41,270 nucleotides of DNA from a virus (taxonomy: Duplodnaviria; Caudoviricetes), in IMG/VR virus record IMGVR_UViG_3300032607_001644, positions 1 through 41,270 of that record; one strand, 5' to 3'. The number at the start of each line of letters is the position of its first letter. Position 1 is the stretch's first letter. Of this stretch, positions 9,393-18,700 are shown one piece after another. The translations under genes and the position numbers were made by a program. Under the pieces are notes generated by a model. That model made no database searches. It saw only the letters and a program-made list of their open reading frames with translations, and was not told the origin of the DNA.

Positions 9393-10105
9393 TGAATACA
9401 AGAATTAAAAATTTTATTAAAAATCACGCGAAAGATTCATTTCCTAATGAATGCTGTGGATTTATAGTGGAAAAAAATGGTAAAATTGATTGTATAAAAT
9501 GTGATAATGTAGCAACAGATAAACAACAAGATTTTCAAATTAAAATTGATGATTATTTAAATATAAAAGATCAATACAATATTCTATATGTTTATCATAG
9601 TCATACTAATGACAATGAAAATTTTAGTAACACAGATAGATTGTATTCAGATGAAATGGCTTTAAATTATTTAATGTACCATTTAAAAACTGATCAATTT
9701 AAAATACATGAATCTGATAATTTTGCCTACAAATATGTAGGTAGATATTTTGAATACAGAAAATATGATTGTTTTACTCTTATAAAAGATTTTTTTAAAA
9801 ATGAGTTAAAAATAGATTTAAATTATGATCAAAATATCATTCAAAATCAAATTTTACAAAATATAAATATATTAGATCAAGTTTATAAATTTTACTCAAA
9901 AAATAATTTAATTAAAATTGAAGATCAGAATAATTTAATAAAAAATGATCTATTAGTTATAAATGGATTTAAATATGGAAGTCATTTCGCTATATATTTA
10001 GGAGAAAACAGGATACTTCATCATCCAATGAACAGTTTCTCTAAAGTAGATAATTACTGTAATTTTTATAAAAGAAATACGGTTGCAGTTCTTAGAAGGG
10101 GTTAA
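9392..10105 (+). CDS. lambda gpK-like tail assembly protein (JAB/MPN + NlpC/P60)
   Basis: PNECCG, YHSH..FSNTD (JAMM); YDCFTL..HFAIYLG..ILHH (NlpC/P60). Confidence 0.9.
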   Translation: MNTRIKNFIKNHAKDSFPNECCGFIVEKNGKIDCIKCDNVATDKQQDFQIKIDDYLNIKDQYNILYVYHSHTNDNENFSNTDRLYSDEMALNYLMYHLKTDQFKIHESDNFAYKYVGRYFEYRKYDCFTLIKDFFKNELKIDLNYDQNIIQNQILQNINILDQVYKFYSKNNLIKIEDQNNLIKNDLLVINGFKYGSHFAIYLGENRILHHPMNSFSKVDNYCNFYKRNTVAVLRRG

Positions 10106-10106
10106 A

Positions 10107-10880
10107 ATGGTAAAAGTTAATTTACATGGTAGATTAGGTAAAGAAATAGGCGAAAAATGGGATCTTGAAGTTTCAAGTGTTAGTGAAGCTTTAAGAGCTA
10201 TTGAAGCTAATAGTGGAAAATTTAGAAAATGGATTCTAAGCAAAACTCAAGATCACTTAGAATACGCAATTTTAATAAATAAAAAACCATTAGACTTTGC
10301 AAATCAACCAAACCTCGAAAATATAAAAAATACAGAAATTTATGCTATTTTTGGAAATAAATTAAAATCTATAGATATAATACCAGTTGTCGCAGGTTCT
10401 GGTGGAGGCTTCACTAGAATTATTACTATTTTTGTTGGAGCTGCGCTTATAGCTGCATCTTTTTTTGCTGGACCAATGGCGCCATTTCTTGCTTTAGCTG
10501 GACTTTCTCTGATTGCAGCTGGAGTAACTAGTTTATTAGCTAAACCACCACCCTTGCTTCCATTCAATGCTCAACAAGCCACTTCTCAAAATCAAGGAGC
10601 AATTGGTCAAGGAGGAGGGCCTCAATCGTATCTTTTCAACGGTCCAGTTAATACAGTCGGAGAAGGTGGTCCAGTTCCAGTAGGATATGGAACATTAATG
10701 GTTGGTAGCGTTGCGATAAATGTTTATTATCAAAATATTTATGTAGCAAATTTAAGACAAACGGACACTGATCCAGCAAGCAACACTTTTACGCAAGATT
10801 TACCATTTGGTAAACAATTTTATTTCAATGAAGATATGATGTTAATAAGTCAATCTTCTAGTTATTTAAATCCTGTATAA
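10107..10880 (+). CDS. lambda gpI-like tail assembly protein
   Basis: V.LHG.LG..EALRAI, IDIIPVVAGSGG, hydrophobic segment, SYLFNGPVNT..EGGPVPVGYG. ATG at 10107 preferred over TTG at 10083. Confidence 0.9.
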   Translation: MVKVNLHGRLGKEIGEKWDLEVSSVSEALRAIEANSGKFRKWILSKTQDHLEYAILINKKPLDFANQPNLENIKNTEIYAIFGNKLKSIDIIPVVAGSGGGFTRIITIFVGAALIAASFFAGPMAPFLALAGLSLIAAGVTSLLAKPPPLLPFNAQQATSQNQGAIGQGGGPQSYLFNGPVNTVGEGGPVPVGYGTLMVGSVAINVYYQNIYVANLRQTDTDPASNTFTQDLPFGKQFYFNEDMMLISQSSSYLNPV

Positions 10881-10881
10881 T

Positions 10882-13800
10882 ATGGCTACCTCTAATCTTT
10901 TAGCAGACGGATTTGAAGGAATAGATTACATTTCTAATCTTGGTGATGCATGGGGTAATCCAGATTTTCCAGATAGTTTAGCTGCTCAACATTTAGGAGG
11001 TTCACATACTTTATTATTTAGTGGAAGAGATTTTTACGGTATTAATGTATATGATATAGCTTCATTTTCTTTTAGTGGATTTAAAGGCCCAAGAAATCCT
11101 CTTATAGATCAAACTGGTTTTTATTGGAATCCAGGAAGTGGATTTGGTGCGGGTCTTAATTCATATATAGCTGGAAGCGACGGACTCTGGCCATATAAAT
11201 GGTTTTATACTGGTAAAGGGACTAGATTTCATTGGGATACTAGAGAAACAGTAAATGGTGGTCCAATGGGGAATAGAAATAATTTTACATGGCAACCATT
11301 TAATACAGGAACCCCTAATTTAAGATCCATTTTTGGTTTACAAAATTCAGTACCGATTGCGGAAGAATATAAATTTGTTAGTAGTAACCCAGAAAATAAT
11401 TCATTTTATACAAATCAACAAGTTAATATTATTGATTTAATATCCGAGGGACCAATTGAAGGACTTGTTAGTGGAACATATTTTTATAGTGTGTCTGGAA
11501 AAAATCCAAATGATATAGGCTATACTAGCGCTCAATTTGTCCCATATACCACATCAAACGCTTCTCAATTTGCTTCCTTGGATCCAACGAGAATTGTCCC
11601 TCCAGAAGCAAGATCAATATTCTGGAATGATACGCCAGTTGCTACTCAACAAGGTTTTTTTAATTTTAGATATATAAATTATAAATATGATTATGGAAAT
11701 AATCCTAATACTCATACAATTTCAAATCCAATAATTAACTTATATGAAGATAGATATCATTATGATGGTTATCAAGTTGATCAATATAAATATCCAGTAA
11801 GATCATCTACAACGGCTTCAATTGGAGAAAGATTATATGGTCCATCTTTTTTCAGTGGAGTAGTATCTGGCGTTGCTCCTGTTAAGAAATATTACGTATA
11901 CAATACGGACGTTGAAGGAATAAAAATAAATATTAGAGTCGATTCTTTATATTCAACGATTGCATCTGGAACTAATGCTGGAGTTAATTTAAAAGCACCA
12001 ACTGAAATTTTAGTAAGACTATGGAGAGTATTTTCAGATAGATCTGAAACGGTGGCGGGAATGAACAGAGTACAGGGTGATCCATTAAAATTTTCTGCCG
12101 ATAGATTTAAAATTTTAGGTAAAATTGTAAATAATCCAAGTTTAATTCATTATACATTTTGGATAAGACCTTACGCTGAACAAGGATTTTTTTATGAAGT
12201 TGCAAAAGATCAAATAGGCTGGGCAGTTGAAGTCAATAAACTTTCTGCAGAATTTAATCAATCTTTAAGAAAAAATACAACTTATGTAGATAGCATTACT
12301 GAAATTTGTTCAAATAGATTCACGTACCCAGGCGCCGCTCTTATATATAATAATTTTGATGCAAAATATTTTGGTAATATACCAACAAGAAAATATAAAA
12401 CTAGACTTTTAAAAGTTAAAATTCCAATTAATTATGATCCTATTACAAAAAATTATAGTGGAGCTTGGAATGGTCAATTTAAACTAGCTTGGACAGATAA
12501 TCCAGCTTGGTGTTTCTATGATTTAATTACAAATAATAGATTTGGATTGGGTAAATATATAGATTCTAGATTAGTTGATAAATGGTCACTTTTTGAAGTT
12601 TCACAATATTGTGATCAATTAGTTCCAGATGGTTTTGGTGGACTTGAACCAAGATTTACATGTAACGTTATGATTCAAGCTAAAGAAGAAGCTTATAAAG
12701 TCATAAATGATATGGCTTCTATTTTTAACGGATTAGTTTATTATTCAGCTGGACAAATTTTTACAAATCAAGATAGACCAAAAGATCCAATTTATATTTT
12801 TAATAATAGCAATGTAGTAAATGGAGAGTTTAATTATTCTAATAGCGCAAAAAGGGCAAGAAGATCAGTTGCTTTAATTAGATTTAATGATGAAAATAAT
12901 AACTACGATCCAGCAGTAGAATACGTAGAAGATAAAACTAGTTTATTGAAATATGGTATAAGAGAAGTGGAAGTAACCGCTTTTGGAGCCACAAAAAGAA
13001 GTCAAGCCAGAAGACTTGGCAAATGGTTTTTAACTAGTGAAAATTTAGAAACAGAAACTATTAATTTCACAGCTGGATTAGAAGGATCATTTTTAAAACC
13101 TGGAGATATTATTAATGTATACGACCAAAATAGAAGAAATAATGTCTTTGCTGGTAGAACCTTAAGTTTAAATAGTGGTTCATGTATATTAGATATTGCA
13201 TATAATTCTTCAAATTTATTTGCATTCACTGGCGCAGTTAATCCTATTTCATTGAGTATATTAACTCCAACAGATAATCTAAACTTGGGAACATATCTTG
13301 GAGATTTATATGCTACTGGATTCAATATCACTTCAAGTGGTATATCAGGATTAAATTCTTCATTTTTTAGAAAATCTCAAATTCAAAATGTAATAATATA
13401 TAATCCAAAAAATTATATATCTGAGGGAACAGGTAATTTCACTGGATACATATCATTTTCATTTCCAACGGGATTGAATAGTAGTGGATACTCATTACCT
13501 CAAAATACAGTTTGGACAATTGATTTTGATGCAGCTTTGTATAGTGGTTCTAATTTTGGTTTAGATAATAGATCTCCAATTAATAATCCACAAAATTTAT
13601 TATATCCAGGATGGTACTTAGAGGGATATTTAAATGATGTAGCCGCTTATAGAGTAGTAAATATAGAAGAAAAAGAAAATCAAAATTTTACAATATCCGC
13701 ATTAGAATATGTTCCTCAAAAATATACTGATATTATCACGGGGGAATCATTAATTTCTGTTCCAGTCAAAAATCCTGCTCCAACTATACCCACATTAAAC

Positions 13801-14244
13801 GTTGGTATTATTTACAGGGATATTAGTGGTAATTTTAGTGCGAATGGAAATAATCCACCCTATTCAAGTAATCAAAATGGTATAAATTCAATTTATTATC
13901 AAATAACACCACCTTCTAATTCTGGAGTTGTAACGCAATATAATATATATAGAAATTTTGAGCAAACCTTTAACATAAATACTCTTTCTAATCAATTTTT
14001 GTTCGATATTCAATCAAATAATTTAAGAAATCAGAATTTTATATTACCAATCGGATCAACTAGTGGAAATATACCAGTGTTCTTTACTCCAACTGGAACA
14101 GGTACTTGGTACATAGGAGCTTTAGCATTAAATGCTTACGGAGAAAGATCTCCACTAGCAACTGGCGCTGTTTATCTAGCTAATCAAGCAGCAATGGCAG
14201 TCATAGAAGCTTCTGGTATTAACGTCGTTGGGGGAACTTCATAA
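10882..14244 (+). CDS. lambda gpJ-like central tail tip / host-specificity protein
   Basis: DLISEGPIEGLV, YPGAAL, FKLAWTDNPAWCFYDL, EPRFTCN, QARRLGKW, LKPGDII, FnIII-like C-terminus. Confidence 0.92.
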   Translation: MATSNLLADGFEGIDYISNLGDAWGNPDFPDSLAAQHLGGSHTLLFSGRDFYGINVYDIASFSFSGFKGPRNPLIDQTGFYWNPGSGFGAGLNSYIAGSDGLWPYKWFYTGKGTRFHWDTRETVNGGPMGNRNNFTWQPFNTGTPNLRSIFGLQNSVPIAEEYKFVSSNPENNSFYTNQQVNIIDLISEGPIEGLVSGTYFYSVSGKNPNDIGYTSAQFVPYTTSNASQFASLDPTRIVPPEARSIFWNDTPVATQQGFFNFRYINYKYDYGNNPNTHTISNPIINLYEDRYHYDGYQVDQYKYPVRSSTTASIGERLYGPSFFSGVVSGVAPVKKYYVYNTDVEGIKINIRVDSLYSTIASGTNAGVNLKAPTEILVRLWRVFSDRSETVAGMNRVQGDPLKFSADRFKILGKIVNNPSLIHYTFWIRPYAEQGFFYEVAKDQIGWAVEVNKLSAEFNQSLRKNTTYVDSITEICSNRFTYPGAALIYNNFDAKYFGNIPTRKYKTRLLKVKIPINYDPITKNYSGAWNGQFKLAWTDNPAWCFYDLITNNRFGLGKYIDSRLVDKWSLFEVSQYCDQLVPDGFGGLEPRFTCNVMIQAKEEAYKVINDMASIFNGLVYYSAGQIFTNQDRPKDPIYIFNNSNVVNGEFNYSNSAKRARRSVALIRFNDENNNYDPAVEYVEDKTSLLKYGIREVEVTAFGATKRSQARRLGKWFLTSENLETETINFTAGLEGSFLKPGDIINVYDQNRRNNVFAGRTLSLNSGSCILDIAYNSSNLFAFTGAVNPISLSILTPTDNLNLGTYLGDLYATGFNITSSGISGLNSSFFRKSQIQNVIIYNPKNYISEGTGNFTGYISFSFPTGLNSSGYSLPQNTVWTIDFDAALYSGSNFGLDNRSPINNPQNLLYPGWYLEGYLNDVAAYRVVNIEEKENQNFTISALEYVPQKYTDIITGESLISVPVKNPAPTIPTLNVGIIYRDISGNFSANGNNPPYSSNQNGINSIYYQITPPSNSGVVTQYNIYRNFEQTFNINTLSNQFLFDIQSNNLRNQNFILPIGSTSGNIPVFFTPTGTGTWYIGALALNAYGERSPLATGAVYLANQAAMAVIEASGINVVGGTS

Positions 14245-14246
14245 TT

Positions 14247-15722
14247 ATGAAATTAAACTTAAAAGATATAAATATTAATTGGAACGTGTATCCTAATATA
14301 CCTTCTTTTTTAGAGAATAATTTTGATTTTATATCAAATATAACTTTTAATGTAAAAATACTTGATGAAAATTTTATTTTAATAAATGAAAAAAACGATA
14401 TTCCTTCTGCAAAAATAGACAAATCTGAATCATATAATTTATTTTATAATGTAAAAAATATGATGTTTGCGCATGCCGAACCTATACCCATGGAATTATT
14501 ATTTTCAAACCCCAGAAAGACACTAGAATCAAATTATTTTAATCAAAACATAAAACAGATTATTGTACAAAATTTTATTTATTTATTTGAAGAAAATGTT
14601 AATAATTATTATTTAAAATATCAAAAAAATGGATTCTTTAAAAAATTAAATTTTTTCATTGATTATAAAGATTCTGACGCAAAACAAAATATAGACGTAG
14701 AATACAAAACTATCAATATCCAAGAGACCCCAATGCAAAATATATTTACTAAAATATTCAAATCAGAAGACGACATTACCTTAAAATTTAAAATAAATTT
14801 TGAAGAATTTAAAAAAACAGATATTACATCGTTATTTATTATACCTTATGTTCATGAAGGGGAATCTAAAACTCAATTAAGAGAAATATATATATCTGAT
14901 ATTCAAAATAAATGGCTTAATAATTCTGATAATACTAAATTATTAACTATACCTTTCGAAGACAACTCTTCAATTGTTCAAGATATACTATCTTTAGAAA
15001 TAATACCATTAAATAATGTTCAAACAGAAATAATTGAATTTTTCAAAACTAGACTATCAAGATCAGATTTATTAGATTTAATTAAAGAATTCTTTATAGA
15101 CCAATTATATAAAACCAATTTAATTTATAGTGAAAATTTATTAAATAAAATTGCTGGATTTTATCAAGGATATATATATTTATTCAATAACCAAAGTTGG
15201 AGCTCTATAAGTTGGCCATCAACAGAGGAAGAGGTAGTTGAAATTAAATATTTAAAATATTTTCCTATTGCTCTTAAAGATAATATAGAAACAATTTCAT
15301 TAGAAAAAGAAGTAGAAGTTCAGTCCTCAGTTTTGGAAGTTCAGGACAACGCTATTCAAAGTAATCTTTTGGGATACAAAATAGAAAATTCATTTAAAGA
15401 TGTCAAAGATGACATAATTTATTTTAAATCTAATAATATAAAATCTACTTCAATTTTAAATATAGAAGAGCTTGGAAATAAAACTAAAATATATTTAGAA
15501 TTTGTTACAAATTTTGATTTATTAAGTAACGTTTATATTGATAGCATTAGTAATGGTTTATCTTTTATACAGAAATATTACAAAAATATAAATGACCAAA
15601 ATTATGCTACTCTATTATTTTGTTATGAATATGATAATAACTTAACCAACGATAGCTCTGAAAATAAAACTCACGCAATTCAAGGTAAAAAATTAATTAA
15701 TTTTAATATTAGGCTTTATTAA
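14247..15722 (+). CDS. hypothetical protein (very AT-rich; N/I/K/F-rich)
   Basis: 491-codon ORF starting 2 nt after the gpJ stop; no recognisable motif. Confidence 0.7.
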   Translation: MKLNLKDININWNVYPNIPSFLENNFDFISNITFNVKILDENFILINEKNDIPSAKIDKSESYNLFYNVKNMMFAHAEPIPMELLFSNPRKTLESNYFNQNIKQIIVQNFIYLFEENVNNYYLKYQKNGFFKKLNFFIDYKDSDAKQNIDVEYKTINIQETPMQNIFTKIFKSEDDITLKFKINFEEFKKTDITSLFIIPYVHEGESKTQLREIYISDIQNKWLNNSDNTKLLTIPFEDNSSIVQDILSLEIIPLNNVQTEIIEFFKTRLSRSDLLDLIKEFFIDQLYKTNLIYSENLLNKIAGFYQGYIYLFNNQSWSSISWPSTEEEVVEIKYLKYFPIALKDNIETISLEKEVEVQSSVLEVQDNAIQSNLLGYKIENSFKDVKDDIIYFKSNNIKSTSILNIEELGNKTKIYLEFVTNFDLLSNVYIDSISNGLSFIQKYYKNINDQNYATLLFCYEYDNNLTNDSSENKTHAIQGKKLINFNIRLY

Positions 15723-18700
15723 CTAGCCATACTATATTTTGAGCTACTCAATAATCCGCCAGGTCTTTGTTGTTCGTTTATAACTTTAACTACCTCTGTT
15801 TTAATTTTTAAGGTCAATTCCTTTGCTTGTTCTATATCTCTTCTATTTTGTTCTGGATCATTCGATTTACTATTTTGATTTTGAGAAGATGTCTCGGAAG
15901 AAGCTTGAGTATTACTCAAATTGACTGTTATACTAATATTATTATTACTAGAAGAAGAGCTAGAAGACTCATTATTATTGTAATCAGGGGAATTTGCTAC
16001 CATTCCACCATCAGCAAATTTTCTTATTTTACCAACATTTAAATCATCAAAGAACTTTCTTCCATAAGTATTAACTGCGTCTTTTTTCATTACATATTCA
16101 CCGCCCATAAGCATAGCGGGAATATCATCTTTACCAGATGGTCCACCCTTAGCAAAACCCATAAATCCGCCGTCTTTAACATAAGTAGCATACTTATATG
16201 GATCAACATTATAATCTCCAGCAGAAGTTTGATTAGCTGGAGTTGCTCTTTTTACTGTTTGAGAACCAAAACGATTTCCTGCCATGAATGGATTTCCTCC
16301 ACCAGGACTTAAATATTTTTGTAATGCTGGAGCACCATATGTAGAAAATGCTCCTGCTCCTACAGACATACCAGCTTGAACAAATGCCCCAATTATATTA
16401 TTTCTTTGTTGATTGTTAAATGCATCTTGTTGTTCTTGATTAATTTGGTCTATTCTTCTTTTTTCTTCTCTATTAGCTTGTATTGTTCCAATAATAGCTT
16501 CTCTATTTCTTTCATAAGTATCTGTTCCTTCTTTCAGATAACTAGCTATCATATCTCTATTTTGTTGATTTATTTGATTTTGAGGATCATTTTCATCAAA
16601 TAATGCCATTTGAGATAATAATGGATCTACCACATAACTTCCAGCCGTAGCATATTTATTATCTGCTGTATAAAATGCTGCTAGATTTGCTCTAAATGCA
16701 CCACCAGAAACAGTATTTGAAGATGCTAATTTAGAAAATGCATCGCTATAAGTAACATCTGAACCTTCATATATACTAGCTAAAGATTTTCCTAATTGGT
16801 CTCTAAGATTAGCGTTTACTACTCTTCCAGCATCATTTTCAGAAGCGGGATTCTTATTAGAATTTATTAAATATTCTGCAATTAAATCTTCACTTATAGG
16901 ATCACCAACACCACCCAAAGATCCTCCTCCAGCTAAACCTACAACCCCACCTTGATTTAAATTATTTAAGAATCTTGTTCCATATTTATTAACAGAAGAT
17001 TTTTTAATAACATATTCTCCTTGACTCAACATCGCTGGAACATCATCTTTTGTACCAGATCCACCTAATACTTTACCTCCTGTTGAAAATTCTTGAATAT
17101 ATCCACCTTTAGCACGACCTAAAGGAGATTTAAAAGCGCTTGGAACTCCTCCAACTGAACTAAATAAAGAATTAAATAAAAGATTAGTGCTCATTTCTAA
17201 TGCTAATTGTTGGATTCTTTTGCTTATATCAGTTGCCATTTTCCTAAATGCATCACCTACTGTTTGAGTACCATCTATAACTGATTGGAACGCATTATTA
17301 AATTCACTCTTCATTGTTCTTGCTGTATCAGAAGCGATTCCATTTAAATCTCTAAATGCATCTTGAGTACCATATGTCATTTCATCTGAAAATGAACCAA
17401 AAATATCTCCTACATTTCCTCCACCACTTCTTATCTTATCTTGTCTTGCTTTATCTTGTAATTGTTTATATTCATCTGCAAATATAGTTCCCTCTTTGAA
17501 TGCAGCTACTGCTTGCAAACTGGTTGCAGCTGCAGATGCAGCATAATTTAATTTAACTATATTATCTCCAAGTTCTTTTTTAAGTTGAGATTCTTTTTCT
17601 GTATAAATATTTAATGCTTCAGTTCTAGTAGCAGCATCTCCAATTGATGAACCTAATTCTGTTAAATTTTTAGTTGTCATACTAGCTTCGGTGCTAGTTT
17701 GTTGAATTGCAATTTGTAATTCAGCTAATGTTCTATCTGTTAAAACTCCACCATTCGCAACTTCTTGTGCAGCTTTTTTATAAGCTTCTCCAAATTTTCT
17801 TTCTAATTCAATTCTTTTTCCTGAATCTGCTGTACCACCCAAAATTCCTTGCATTGCAGCTGTATTAGTGCCTCTAAGAACATTTTCTGGTAAAAACTGT
17901 TTACCTTCTTCTTTTAAGAATTCTTTAATTACATTACCAAAATCACCCTGCTTAATAAAATCTGCAGCACCTTGTCTTTTGGTAGAATCTTGTGAAAATA
18001 ACTTCATAGTTTGCGAGGTTAAATTAACATAATTTAATTGTGCATCTGCTAATTTTTTAAATGTTTGATCTACTATTTCAGATGATTTTCTTAAATTACC
18101 AAAAGTTTCTTGTAGGGCTTTTCCTTTTTCTTCTAAAGATTTATTGCTATCTAATATTGCTTGTATTGAATTAGCTAATTCTAAAGCTTTATCTTTTTGT
18201 AATTTTCCAGAATCTCCTAATTGAATTATAAAATCCTTTAATCCTTTTCCAGAATCTTGAATTGCCTCTTGTAAATCCGCCTCATAAATCTGCCTATTCA
18301 CATCAGTAATTTTCGCTGACCCCCCTAAATTACCTGCGGTCCCTGTGAATTCTGTCTTTACGCCATCACCGAAACCAATTGGCCCACCGCTTATTGCTTT
18401 ATTAGTAGTATTAAATCCAAATAAATCATTTTTTGCAAATTCATCAATACTCATTGTGGCTTTATCTGATGCAATTGATGCTTGTTCTATAGATTTTGCC
18501 ATTTGATCATTTATTCCATAATATTTTTCTGAAGCTATAGTTAACGTATCAAATGATTTCAATAAACCGCTTTGTTGAGATATTAAATCTCCAATATATT
18601 CTCCATTTGTAGTTTTTATTGATCCTAATTGTCTCAACGTATCAGTTAAATCTAAATTTTTAGCGCCATCTTTAAGTTGTTCATTTGTGGTTTGTATGAA

